From positions 272,882-336,881 of the IMG/VR virus record IMGVR_UViG_3300005529_000001: DNA of 64,000 nt. One strand, written 5' to 3'. The notes beneath the pieces were generated by a model. It did not search any database, was not told where the DNA came from, and was given only the letters and a program-made list of their open reading frames with translations. Source of the stretch: a virus. A program made the position numbers and the translations under genes. Of this stretch, positions 46,768-56,790 are shown in pieces; the stretch's first letter is position 1, and each line of letters opens with the position of its first letter.

Positions 46768-47066
46768 ACGATCACTTGCCCGGCATCCATTACGCGTGTC
46801 CTGTGTCGAGCTCGACAGACGTCGATCGGGTCTATAACTCCATCGATGACATGCTCCTGACTGGACATGCTAACAAGGTGGACGAACTGCTGACACAGGT
46901 TGACGTCACCAAGTGTTCGATCACCATCATGCTGTCTTACCTGACCATCACTCTTGTGTGGAAAGACGCACTAAAGAACCGTGCAGCTCTCTATGATCGG
47001 ATCTATGACCGCATCGGATTGGTTGACCTTACACGACGGGAGAGCTTGCTACAGGGACTCAAGTGA
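46764..47066 (+). CDS. hypothetical protein
   Basis: 100 aa. Confidence 0.3.
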   Translation: MNDHLPGIHYACPVSSSTDVDRVYNSIDDMLLTGHANKVDELLTQVDVTKCSITIMLSYLTITLVWKDALKNRAALYDRIYDRIGLVDLTRRESLLQGLK

Positions 47067-47998
47067 AGATACACTTCGATAACGTCAACTTAGACGCTCG
47101 AACAGGCCCGAACACGTTTGCTAGTCGACTAGCAAGAAAACTGTTCGAGATGGGACATTCTTGCCAGTTTGATGCCAAAGATGCCGACCTGAGCCTTGTT
47201 TTCATCGAACCCTCAGGAGCTTCCTTAGCAGCCAAAGTCGTCCAGCGGTTAGATGGTCTGTGGTTCAAGCCTTGGGAATTTGAGACAAAGAATGCTCGCA
47301 TCAAAGAGCTGTACCAAAAAGCCGACGCCATAGTCTTCCAGTCGGAGTTTGACCGTCAGTTCACCGAAAAACACTGGGGTTTGCAAGCGGCAACAGTCAT
47401 TCACAACGGCATTGAGCTAAACCCAGTCAAGCAGCTAACGATCCCGAAGCTAGTCGAGATGCGAGAAGCTTACGACCAGATCTATGTCTGTTCCAGCAAC
47501 TGGCACGCTCAAAAACGCCTTGAGACCAACGTCAGGCTGTTCAATCACCTGCGTAGCAAACACCCGAACTCGTGTCTCATCATTATGGGTGACCATCCTG
47601 ACTATCGAGCAACGGGCCCCCATACCTTCTACACCGGTCCGGTGGGCCCCGAAGTCTACAACCAGATCTACTCAGCAGCAAACTGGATGCTTCACCTAGC
47701 CTGGGCTGATCACTGTCCAAACGTGGTAGTTGAAGCTTTGGCCCAGGGCACGCCCGTTGTTTGCAGCAACGTGGGTGGAACCCAAGAACTGGTTGGCAAG
47801 TATGGCAAGGTTCTCGTAGACCAACCTTATGATTACGAGCTTTCTGATTATGATAACCCGCCGACCATCAACATTGAACAGGTCGATGACCTCCCCGACC
47901 GACAGAAGCTGGATTACACGGGCGTCGCCAACCTGATCGACATCAACACGGTGGCGAGGCAGTACGAGCTGATGTTTGAGGAGGTGGTTTCTCGCTGA
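47063..47998 (+). CDS. GT4-family glycosyltransferase
   Basis: HCPNVVVEALAQGTPVVCSNVGGTQELV (EX7E-type motif). Confidence 0.7.
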   Translation: MKIHFDNVNLDARTGPNTFASRLARKLFEMGHSCQFDAKDADLSLVFIEPSGASLAAKVVQRLDGLWFKPWEFETKNARIKELYQKADAIVFQSEFDRQFTEKHWGLQAATVIHNGIELNPVKQLTIPKLVEMREAYDQIYVCSSNWHAQKRLETNVRLFNHLRSKHPNSCLIIMGDHPDYRATGPHTFYTGPVGPEVYNQIYSAANWMLHLAWADHCPNVVVEALAQGTPVVCSNVGGTQELVGKYGKVLVDQPYDYELSDYDNPPTINIEQVDDLPDRQKLDYTGVANLIDINTVARQYELMFEEVVSR

Positions 47999-48601
47999 TT
48001 GGTGTACATTTGTTCTATGGGCAAGACGCGAAACGGCTTTGCGACGTGTACAGATTGCGGAGACGTTCGCTTCATGAAACGTCTAAGCTCGTCTGGATTT
48101 CGACTCTGTCGTAAGTGTGCTGCCAAACTGACAAATGCTCGAAGCAACTCTGCCTCGAAAGGCGGAAAAGTAGGCGGGAAACGAACGGCTGATCTGGGAA
48201 AATTGCAGGTTGCTGGACAGTTTGCTCACACTCCAGAAGCGGAGCGTAAGCGACACGAAACGTTGAAACGCATGGGCAAACTCTTTTCTTCCAAACCAGA
48301 AGAACATCTTCATAAATTGCTCATTGATCGGTTCGGTCCAGAAGATGTCGACCACCACATAATCGTGGCAGGGTTTCGGATCGACTTTTACGTCAAAAGT
48401 ATCAATACTTACATCCAGTTGGATGGCGCTTACTGGCACGGACTTCAACAACCCTACGATCAGTTGAAAGGTACACCCAAAGCGAAGTACGATCGAGACA
48501 GACGATGTGATGCCTACTTCACCGAAGTTGGAGTCCGTCTCGTCAGGATCATTGATACTGAGCTAGCGAAGGACGCTCAACATGCCCTCCAACGGATCTG
48601 A
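47999..48601 (+). CDS. DUF559/Vsr-like endonuclease domain protein with N-terminal zinc ribbon (homing endonuclease-like insertion)
   Basis: CTDCG...CRKC plus FRIDFYV...IQLDGAYWHG core. Confidence 0.5.
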   Translation: MVYICSMGKTRNGFATCTDCGDVRFMKRLSSSGFRLCRKCAAKLTNARSNSASKGGKVGGKRTADLGKLQVAGQFAHTPEAERKRHETLKRMGKLFSSKPEEHLHKLLIDRFGPEDVDHHIIVAGFRIDFYVKSINTYIQLDGAYWHGLQQPYDQLKGTPKAKYDRDRRCDAYFTEVGVRLVRIIDTELAKDAQHALQRI

Positions 48602-49637
48602 AAAAATTTACGTTCTCCCGCCCCAAGAGGACTGGATTGTGGATCGTATGACTGATGAGTGGTATACACACAACGCTGACATCAGCACCAGGAGTCCCCA
48701 AAAAGCTGATGTCATTTGGTTGATGGCAGATTGGGCTTGGCAGGCGTTGTGGCACGTCGGTCTTCTCAAAAACAAGAAGGTGTTGACGACTGTCCATCAC
48801 ATTGTGCCCGAGAAGTTCGGTCCTATGGAACGGGCTGACTTCGAACTTCGCGACACTGTTACTACTGCCTACCATGTCTTCAACCAGTACACCCACGATT
48901 TCATCCGGCCTCTGACCCTGAAACCCATCCACCTCATCAAGTACTGGGCAAATCAGGATCTGTGGAGACCTACTGGGACGAAGGAAGAATTCAGGAAAAA
49001 GTACAAACTTCCGCTAGATGTCTTTCTAGTAGGATCGTTCCAGAGAGATACTGAGGGTTCAAGTTTGGTGCTACTTGATCCAAAGCCTAAACTTGAAAAG
49101 GGCCCTGACAAATTTGTCGATTACGTGAAGATGCTTTCACAATATCGTGCTCAACACCAGATGTCGCCCGTTGCTGTCTTGTTGGGTGGATGGAGACGGC
49201 AATACATCACGACTCGTCTGCGCACGGAAGCTCCACACATCATGGTGTTTTCAACGGCTCCTGAAGATCGTATGCAGAAATGGTTTGAATACCCACAACC
49301 CGTTCCAGTTGTATGGACCTCGGCGAAATTGGTGCAGTCTCAACCTGTACCTCTGAAAGATTTTTTGCCCCCTCTCGAAACCATCAACGAGCTGTACCAG
49401 TGTCTTGACCAGTACGCGGTGACCGCGCGCCAAGAGGGCGGTCCCCAAGCCTTGATCGAGTGTGGCTTGCTGGGAGTGCCCACCGTGTCCACGCCAGTGG
49501 GCATTGCGGAGCAGGTGTTGCCACCATCAGCGATCTGTGAAAACGTTTTCTCCGCCTCACCTGCGGTCCCCAACGTCGAGAACTGGAAGCTACCGGGCGG
49601 GTTTGAACTATATAGGGAGTTGTTGCAGTCGTTATGA
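48582..49637 (+). CDS. GT-B (GT4-like) glycosyltransferase
   Basis: EGGPQALIECGLLGVPTVSTPVG. Confidence 0.55.
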   Translation: MPSNGSEKIYVLPPQEDWIVDRMTDEWYTHNADISTRSPQKADVIWLMADWAWQALWHVGLLKNKKVLTTVHHIVPEKFGPMERADFELRDTVTTAYHVFNQYTHDFIRPLTLKPIHLIKYWANQDLWRPTGTKEEFRKKYKLPLDVFLVGSFQRDTEGSSLVLLDPKPKLEKGPDKFVDYVKMLSQYRAQHQMSPVAVLLGGWRRQYITTRLRTEAPHIMVFSTAPEDRMQKWFEYPQPVPVVWTSAKLVQSQPVPLKDFLPPLETINELYQCLDQYAVTARQEGGPQALIECGLLGVPTVSTPVGIAEQVLPPSAICENVFSASPAVPNVENWKLPGGFELYRELLQSL

Positions 49638-50449
49638 GCGTAGCTTTTTTGCTTGTCACCTGCTGTCTTGAGCAGTCTCGTGCCGATCTCCTCGACAGGG
49701 TGGTCGAGAACCTGTGCGAACAAGCGCCTGAACTGCGAGAGACGATGCTTGTTTTTGACAACGCATCGACTGTCCCTGGCGTCAGGACCTTGCTGACATC
49801 AAACTTCCGTCATGTCCGTCAAGCTGACAGGAACGTCGGCTACTGGTCTGCGGTCGACTGGTGGCTCACGGTGCTCGATTCGGCACCCAAGAAGCCCGAC
49901 TTCACGTACATCATTGAGAGCGACATGATCCACTACAACTTCAATAAGCTGTGGGAATGTGCCGTCTACCTCGAACGAAACCCAGATGTGGGTTCGTGCC
50001 GGCTGCACCAGTACTCAGTCGTAGACAGGCACCTCTACAACAAAGACAGACCCCTGCCTGACAGCAAGCGCAATCTGTGGCAATCGCATCAAAACAAAGT
50101 GACGGGCGAGCAAGTCATCTTTTCACAATCAGAGGGTGACATCTGGACATCAACGTTCTTGACACAGCTCCCGGCACTGAACCGTTTTGAGACGATGAAA
50201 GAAGTCTTCCAAACGCTCCGAAGCTCTCCGATGTTTTCTGAGCTCGATTTCCAGATGAATTACTGGAAACGTTACCATCGAACAGCTATCCTCGACGGCG
50301 GGATCTTTCACTGTGATCTGAACCCACATGATGCTGGGACGCTAACTGGTTCGTGGTCATCGCCTGAACAACTAAAGCAGATCGGGTACAAGACCACGAG
50401 GATCGCAACAATCACTCCGCAAGACCAGTACACCGTTTGCTCGCTGTGA
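49634..50449 (+). CDS. putative GT-A (GT2-like) glycosyltransferase
   Basis: MLVFDNAST and ESDM acidic motif. Confidence 0.4.
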   Translation: MSVAFLLVTCCLEQSRADLLDRVVENLCEQAPELRETMLVFDNASTVPGVRTLLTSNFRHVRQADRNVGYWSAVDWWLTVLDSAPKKPDFTYIIESDMIHYNFNKLWECAVYLERNPDVGSCRLHQYSVVDRHLYNKDRPLPDSKRNLWQSHQNKVTGEQVIFSQSEGDIWTSTFLTQLPALNRFETMKEVFQTLRSSPMFSELDFQMNYWKRYHRTAILDGGIFHCDLNPHDAGTLTGSWSSPEQLKQIGYKTTRIATITPQDQYTVCSL

Positions 50450-50462
50450 TACAGTTCACAGG

Positions 50463-51503
50463 ATGTCTGGGACCCTTATCTTTGGCGGCACTGGTTCGCT
50501 CGGTCGCAAGCTGATTGAACGTCTCCTTCCCAAGGGAGACGTTGCTGTCTACTCACGTGATGAAGCGAAACACTGGACTATTCGAAATGAACTTTCGGGG
50601 TTCATTGAGAAAAGCTTGCCCTGGAAGCTTCAGTTCTTTGTGGGTGACGTCAGGGACAAAACTCGAGTCGAAGACGTCATTCGTCAGTACAACCCTGATA
50701 CGATCATCATTGCTGCGGCGCTGAAACAAGTAGACACTTGTGAGCTCAGCCCCAACGAAAGCGTGTTGACAAACCTGATTGGGACTCAGAACGTCATCGA
50801 CGCAGTCAACAAGTCACGGTTCTCCCCTGGTGTCTCAGTCATGTTCGTCAGCACCGACAAAGCTTGCGCACCTGTCAACGTCTATGGAATGTGCAAAGCA
50901 ATCTCAGAACGCGTCGTGACAAGCCAGGCTCGTACGGGGCTATCAAACGTCAGGTACCTAGCGGTCCGTTATGGCAACGTTCTCGAGTCTAGAGGTAGCA
51001 TCATACCGTTGTTCAAACACCAGTGTGAGAAAGGCGAGTTCTTGACGGTCACCGATCCCGAGATGACGCGGTACGTGATGACGCTAGATGACAGCGTGGA
51101 TCTTATCCAAAAAGCAATAGAGTTTGGAATCTCAGGTGAGACGTGGATCCCGTGTCTTCCAGCAATGAAGATCGGTGACCTTGCTGACATTTTTTCTCAA
51201 CGATATAACAAACCCGTCAAGGTCATTGGTTTACGGCCGGGAGAGAAGAAACACGAAGACCTGGTCAACGAGTCGGAGTCAGTTAGGACGCGTAAAATCA
51301 ATCCACCCGTGGGATTTAACTACGTCATCGACCCCGCGTTTCGTTCCGGCAATGGTCAACGGTTCACTTACTCTAGCTCGGACCTGGTCATGAATCGTGA
51401 AGATCTAGAGGTGTACCTCAACAAGCTTGGCATCTTTGACAAGCCGTTAGACCAGTTCAAGGGCCTTGCCATCGAAGAGATCGTCACCAACCGAAAGGAA
51501 TGA
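50463..51503 (+). CDS. UDP-GlcNAc 4,6-dehydratase-like protein (PseB/FlaA1/PglF/CapD family)
   Basis: GGTGSLGRKL Rossmann motif, YSRDEAK, YxxxK region. Confidence 0.7.
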   Translation: MSGTLIFGGTGSLGRKLIERLLPKGDVAVYSRDEAKHWTIRNELSGFIEKSLPWKLQFFVGDVRDKTRVEDVIRQYNPDTIIIAAALKQVDTCELSPNESVLTNLIGTQNVIDAVNKSRFSPGVSVMFVSTDKACAPVNVYGMCKAISERVVTSQARTGLSNVRYLAVRYGNVLESRGSIIPLFKHQCEKGEFLTVTDPEMTRYVMTLDDSVDLIQKAIEFGISGETWIPCLPAMKIGDLADIFSQRYNKPVKVIGLRPGEKKHEDLVNESESVRTRKINPPVGFNYVIDPAFRSGNGQRFTYSSSDLVMNREDLEVYLNKLGIFDKPLDQFKGLAIEEIVTNRKE

Positions 51504-52650
51504 CATGAAGACGTACCCGCTGTTCAAAGTCCACGTTCCCAAAGAGGAAGCTTTGGCCCAGTTGGGTCAGGTCTTCGACTCGGGTTTCATCAACGAAGGT
51601 ACGCAGGTCACCGCCCTGACCAGCCAGCTGTCTGAGTACCTAGAAAGCAATCACCTCATCCTGGTGAACAGCTGCACTAGCGCCTTGTTCATGGCGCTAA
51701 AACTCGCTGGGGTCGGTCCTGGAGACGAGGTCATCAGCACGGCGATGACGTGTGTGGCAACCAACGCTGCCATCGCAATGACAGGCGCTAAGATTGTCTG
51801 GGCTGACGTAGATCCTGAGAGCGGGATGCTTGATCCTTACAGCATCATGGAGAAGATCACTCCTCACACCAAAGCAGTCATGGCGGTGGCTTGGGCGGGA
51901 ACCCCACCTCACATGTTCATGTTGAAAAACACGTGCAAGGCATTTCATGTCAAGCTGATCTTGGATGCTGCACACGCGTTCGGCGCCTATTACAAAAATG
52001 CTCCCGTTCACGAGTGGGCTGACTACACTTGTTACTCATTCCAGGCTATCAAACACTTCACTACGGGGGACGGCGGCGCTCTTATCTGTACCGACAAGGC
52101 TGATTACCAGCGATCTAAGTCGATGAAATGGTTCGGGCTTGACCGTGACAAAACCAAGGATGCTGCGGGCAACTGGAAAGGCCAGCAGTGGGACACCGAC
52201 ATCGAGGAGATCGGCTACAAGTTTAACATGAACAACGTTTGTGCAGCCATCGGTCTGTCGCAGATGAAGCACGTTGACATGATCGTGGACGGCCACGTCA
52301 GGAACGGGGGCCGATATGACATGCTGTTCCTCGACTACGAGCCCGTTAGGCCAATCACGCGGCCAGACGGTAGCATCTCGGCACACTGGGTCTACACCAT
52401 GAAGGTGAACCCCGACAAGTGCAAGCTGTCACGTGACGATCTGTTGAAAGCTCTCAACGCTGAGAAGATCATGGCGGGAGTGGTACACGTTCCGAACGAC
52501 GATTACACCTGCTTTCAGGACATCAAAGACCATAACCTGAAGGGTCTCAAGCAGTTTGCACCCCACCAGTTCTCATTACCGTGTGGGTGGTGGCTTGAAG
52601 AGGAAGACATCCGTCACATCGCCAAGCGTGTCAAGGAACTCACACAATGA
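51504..52650 (+). CDS. DegT/DnrJ/EryC1-family PLP-dependent sugar aminotransferase (PseC/PglE-like)
   Basis: SFQAIKHFTTGDGGALI with conserved Lys; start re-set to ATG 51504. Confidence 0.7.
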
Positions 52651-53171
52651 GAGTTGATGTCCCGGACCAATATTACTTGCGTCCCGTTGAAAACGATGAT
52701 CACCCATTTCTTGTTGACTTGCACAATGATGAGCTGGTCCTCAGGAACTTGACACATCCAGAAGCCATCACTATGGAACAACACATGAAGTGGTGGGAGA
52801 AAACCAAAGCCGATCGGAAACAGCTTAGGTTGATCTTTGTGACAGACGGTCACCGGACGGGTGTTGCCAAGTTCTATGATTATGATGCCATCAACCGGAC
52901 GATTGTCCTGGGAGGCGACATCCACAAAGCACACAGGGGTCATGGGCTCGCTAAGTACATGTGGACGTTGATGCTTGAACGTTGTTTCGAGAGCTTCCAC
53001 GTTCACCGCGTTGGCCTGACGACCGCCGAATACAACGTGATCGGTCAAAGCGTCTACAAAAACTTGGGCTTCATGGAAGAGGGCCGGATCAAAGAATCGT
53101 TGTACCGTGATGGAAAGTTCTATGATCAGATCTGCATGTACCTAACAGAACACGATTGGGCGCTTCAGTGA
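52647..53171 (+). CDS. GNAT-family N-acetyltransferase (PseH-like candidate)
   Basis: GNAT motif A RGHGLAKYMW; follows dehydratase + aminotransferase. Confidence 0.6.
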   Translation: MRVDVPDQYYLRPVENDDHPFLVDLHNDELVLRNLTHPEAITMEQHMKWWEKTKADRKQLRLIFVTDGHRTGVAKFYDYDAINRTIVLGGDIHKAHRGHGLAKYMWTLMLERCFESFHVHRVGLTTAEYNVIGQSVYKNLGFMEEGRIKESLYRDGKFYDQICMYLTEHDWALQ

Positions 53172-53902
53172 ACGAACTGCCTCGTATCTTTGTGGGTACC
53201 ATGTACACCCAAGAGGGTGAGTTTGAGGGCTGTCTCAAACAGATCCGTGCGCAACAGGACGTCGTTGTTGCGCATGTCATCATTGCTAACATGCGTGAGA
53301 AAGAGGCACACAACGCTCTGTGGCACGCCTGGCGTCACCAGGGCTCAAGCCACGATCTCTTTGTTAAGGTCGATGCTGACACCATCCTAGCTTCACCACA
53401 CACGCTAAGGCTGATCTGGGAACAGTTCAATAACAACCCACGAGTCACGGGTCTCCAGGCACCGTTACATGATTACATGACTGATGGCCTGATCAACGGG
53501 CTCAATGCATTCTCAACCAAGGTCGTCTTCAATGATACCCAAGACGAACTGTACTGCGACAGGCAAGTGGACACGAACCATGATGTCGTCCTACGAGAGA
53601 AAGACCTACCATCAACGTTGATCCCGGCAGGTTTTCACTGTTGGAACTCGACTGACTCACAAGCTTTTCATTATGGCCTCCATCGGATGTTGAAGGGGCA
53701 ACGAACAACCATCGACAAAGTCAGAATGGCTTGGAACCGTGACCATGACAGACCAAGAGCTTGGGCTCTGATCGGCGCAAAGATGGCGGACCAGTTTACC
53801 ATCAATCGTCAGTTCAACTACAACGATCCGACGTTCAAAACAGCATTCGCTGAGGCAAATACACGTTATGATGAGCTCACCCAGAATCTTGCAGTTGGTT
53901 GA
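53156..53902 (+). CDS. hypothetical protein, possible GT-A-like glycosyltransferase
   Basis: VKVDADT acidic motif. Confidence 0.3.
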   Translation: MGASVNELPRIFVGTMYTQEGEFEGCLKQIRAQQDVVVAHVIIANMREKEAHNALWHAWRHQGSSHDLFVKVDADTILASPHTLRLIWEQFNNNPRVTGLQAPLHDYMTDGLINGLNAFSTKVVFNDTQDELYCDRQVDTNHDVVLREKDLPSTLIPAGFHCWNSTDSQAFHYGLHRMLKGQRTTIDKVRMAWNRDHDRPRAWALIGAKMADQFTINRQFNYNDPTFKTAFAEANTRYDELTQNLAVG

Positions 53903-54809
53903 CACCCTCGAGTACGCCAAGACCAACTGCTTCCAACACCAGTTGCTAAAGAGCCTACGAGGCATTGCACAAACAGAAACGTGTGCCTTGCCAGCGCTGG
54001 AACGTGCCCTGGACATGGATGACCGTCCTGTCATCGTTTGCCTGAAACAACGAACCCTGGCACAAAATCTGGACGTGCTCAAAGATCATTTAGGAGACAC
54101 GCCCATTGTCATATACGATCAGGACCCGTGGCAAGCCTACATGGATGATCCTGGTTATGTTGGCAAGGGAGTCTATGAACGCGCTGTCGAGCAACTAAAT
54201 GTCAAAGCGATCTGCGTTACCACCCAATGGTGGGCTGATTTCTTAGCGCACCGCGGTTTACCTGGCATTTTCGTCAACATGTGGATGTTACCCGAGTATT
54301 GCACCGAAACGCCAACATACGAAGACAGATCAATATCTGTAGGTTTCGTCGGCAGCCTGCATCCGCACCGTCAAAAGCTGTTTGACCAGCTCGAAGACAT
54401 GGGCATCATCGTCAACGTCCAAGGGGGAGGTCTGTCTTACCAGAGCTATTTGAACGAGCTATCAAAGATCCGTGTCTTCATCCATAGCGAAGATTGCCCA
54501 ATCATGTGTGAAAAGCAAGAACTCAACCTGAAAGACGCCCTGTGGATCAAAGACATTGAAGCCGCGGCTCGGGGTTGTTTCACCATTCGTAATGCGGGCG
54601 CGGGTTTCTTATCGTATTATGATGGGTGTTTGACGTCGTTTCTCTACGAAAACGTCGAAGACATCCCAAACATCCTGAGTGACATCCAGAAAATGGATCC
54701 CACGTCAAGGCAGTTGCTAATCAACAGCGCCGTCAGGTACATCCGTGAGTCAAACAAGTGGGAAGAAACGGCACGCACGTTGGTTACTTTGGCAACAGAG
54801 GGAACATGA
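53868..54809 (+). CDS. hypothetical GT-B-fold-like protein
   Basis: 313 aa; size/position compatible with PseG-type UDP-sugar hydrolase. Confidence 0.3.
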   Translation: MMSSPRILQLVDTLEYAKTNCFQHQLLKSLRGIAQTETCALPALERALDMDDRPVIVCLKQRTLAQNLDVLKDHLGDTPIVIYDQDPWQAYMDDPGYVGKGVYERAVEQLNVKAICVTTQWWADFLAHRGLPGIFVNMWMLPEYCTETPTYEDRSISVGFVGSLHPHRQKLFDQLEDMGIIVNVQGGGLSYQSYLNELSKIRVFIHSEDCPIMCEKQELNLKDALWIKDIEAAARGCFTIRNAGAGFLSYYDGCLTSFLYENVEDIPNILSDIQKMDPTSRQLLINSAVRYIRESNKWEETARTLVTLATEGT

Positions 54810-56083
54810 AAATAGGGTTCATGGGTCTGGGCAAGCTCGGGTTACCCGTTGCCCTGGCGGTGGAAGCCGCGGGCCACGAGGTGATGGGTTATGATCCTGG
54901 CGCTCAAGTTGTTGACATCATATCGACAAAGAAGCTACCGTATGTCGAAGAGAACGCCCAACCGTTGCTCGACAACACCAAGCTCCGGCTAGTAGGTCCC
55001 GGTGACCTGGTCGAACAGTGCGACTTGATCTTCGTAGCTGTCCAGACGCCCCACCACCCACGTTATGAGGGAGTCAGTCGCCTTCCGACCAAGCGAGTCG
55101 ATTTTGATTACACCTGGCTAAAGCAGTCGATCACCCAGCTCGCTGATGCTGCGGCCCAGAAAGCGAAGACGACCCGTGTTGTTGTCATCTCAACGGTGCT
55201 TCCCGGGACGATCGAACGTGAGATCTTCCCAATCATGCATGCGTACGGAAACTTCATCAAGCTGTGTTACAACCCGTTTTTCATCGCGATGGGAACCACG
55301 ATCCGTGACTTCACCAACCCAGAATTTGTTCTCTTTGGGGTAGACGATCACGAAACAGCAACCCTTGCTGAAACGTTTTACAAGACCATCCACGCTCGTC
55401 CCTTCTACAAGACGGGAATCAAGGAAGCTGAGCTGATCAAGGTTGCTTACAACACATTCATCAGCACAAAGATCGGGTTTGTCAACACGTTGATGGAGAT
55501 CTGTCACAAGACGGGTGTCAATGTCGATGCGGTCACAGACGGCTTGAAGCTAGCTAACGAACGTCTGATCAGCACCCGCTACATGACGGCTGGCATGGGC
55601 GATGGTGGCGGGTGTCACCCTCGCGATAACATCGCGTTGTCTTGGCTCGCTCGTAAGCTTGAATTGGGCTTTGATTTCTTTGAAGCGATCATGCTTTCCA
55701 GAGAACGACAGACGGATTGGTTTGCTGATGTGCTTGAAGAGCAGATCGAACAATGCCGGAAGATGGGCTGGAACCCGCCCGTTGTCATCCTCGGTCTATC
55801 TTTCAAACCGGAGACAAACCTGGTCACGGGCAGCCCGGCAATCTTGCTTGCAAACGTCATAGCGGAGCGTGGCATCACTCCCATGTTCTATGATCCCATT
55901 GTCAACCCCAATGACCGGACCCGGACGCTTCCCCCACCACCTGCTCTGTTTTTTGTGGGTACCAAGCACGCTGAGTTTGCAAACATAAAGTTTAGCGTAG
56001 GATCGATCGTTATCGACCCACACCGGTACATCCCCGATCAGCAAGGCGTCACTGTCATCAGGTTGGGTGATGGGACCAAGTGA
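54806..56083 (+). CDS. UDP-sugar 6-dehydrogenase family protein
   Basis: KIGFMGLGKLGLPVA NAD-binding motif; catalytic Cys GGGCHPRDN. Confidence 0.7.
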   Translation: MKIGFMGLGKLGLPVALAVEAAGHEVMGYDPGAQVVDIISTKKLPYVEENAQPLLDNTKLRLVGPGDLVEQCDLIFVAVQTPHHPRYEGVSRLPTKRVDFDYTWLKQSITQLADAAAQKAKTTRVVVISTVLPGTIEREIFPIMHAYGNFIKLCYNPFFIAMGTTIRDFTNPEFVLFGVDDHETATLAETFYKTIHARPFYKTGIKEAELIKVAYNTFISTKIGFVNTLMEICHKTGVNVDAVTDGLKLANERLISTRYMTAGMGDGGGCHPRDNIALSWLARKLELGFDFFEAIMLSRERQTDWFADVLEEQIEQCRKMGWNPPVVILGLSFKPETNLVTGSPAILLANVIAERGITPMFYDPIVNPNDRTRTLPPPPALFFVGTKHAEFANIKFSVGSIVIDPHRYIPDQQGVTVIRLGDGTK

Positions 56084-56774
56084 GTTTTTGGTCTCAGTCC
56101 TTGTCCCAACTCGAAACAGGGTCAAGTTGTTAGAGAAATCGTTGCGTTCGTTAAAAGACAACGCTCGGCTTGATTTCAAGCAGAAAATTGAGATCATCAT
56201 AAAGCTCGATGAAGATGATGTAGCGACCCAAAACTGGGTGATACAAAACAACGCCGAGCTGTGGACAACGCTGTTACCTGGGCCGCGCGGGCGCGGTTAC
56301 GCTGACCTCCACGTCTACTACAATGACATGTGTCGTTTGGCTCGGGGCGAGTTCTTGTTCCTCTGGAACGATGATGCTGAGATGTTGACGCCGGGCTGGG
56401 ACCTGGAGATCAACCGACAACTTGATGGCAAGCCGTGTTACTTGCAATCTGAAGTCAGCGACATTCGTGGACGTGACGCTTTCTTGTTTCCTATCGTTCA
56501 CAGGTCATGGTACGACAGCTGCGGTCACTTCTCGATGTCACCGCACAATGACACGTACGTGTTTAACGCATTCATCAAGTACCCGCAGCTGTTCCGTAAA
56601 ACGGCGATCGTGGTGCGACACGCCGCGTTACAAAATTTGCATGACATCACCAGCTTAGAAGCACGAGGGTGGTGGCCGACAACCAAGAGAGGTTGGGGCA
56701 GCCCGGAAGTCCAGGACTCGCTAGCGTCTGACATCAAACGCTTGGGAGAGCTGGTGAAACAGTATAAGCTGTAA
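56067..56774 (+). CDS. GT2-family glycosyltransferase
   Basis: VLVPTRNR and NDDAEM (DxD). Confidence 0.6.
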   Translation: MMGPSEFLVSVLVPTRNRVKLLEKSLRSLKDNARLDFKQKIEIIIKLDEDDVATQNWVIQNNAELWTTLLPGPRGRGYADLHVYYNDMCRLARGEFLFLWNDDAEMLTPGWDLEINRQLDGKPCYLQSEVSDIRGRDAFLFPIVHRSWYDSCGHFSMSPHNDTYVFNAFIKYPQLFRKTAIVVRHAALQNLHDITSLEARGWWPTTKRGWGSPEVQDSLASDIKRLGELVKQYKL

Positions 56775-56790
56775 AGATTACATTCTACGC

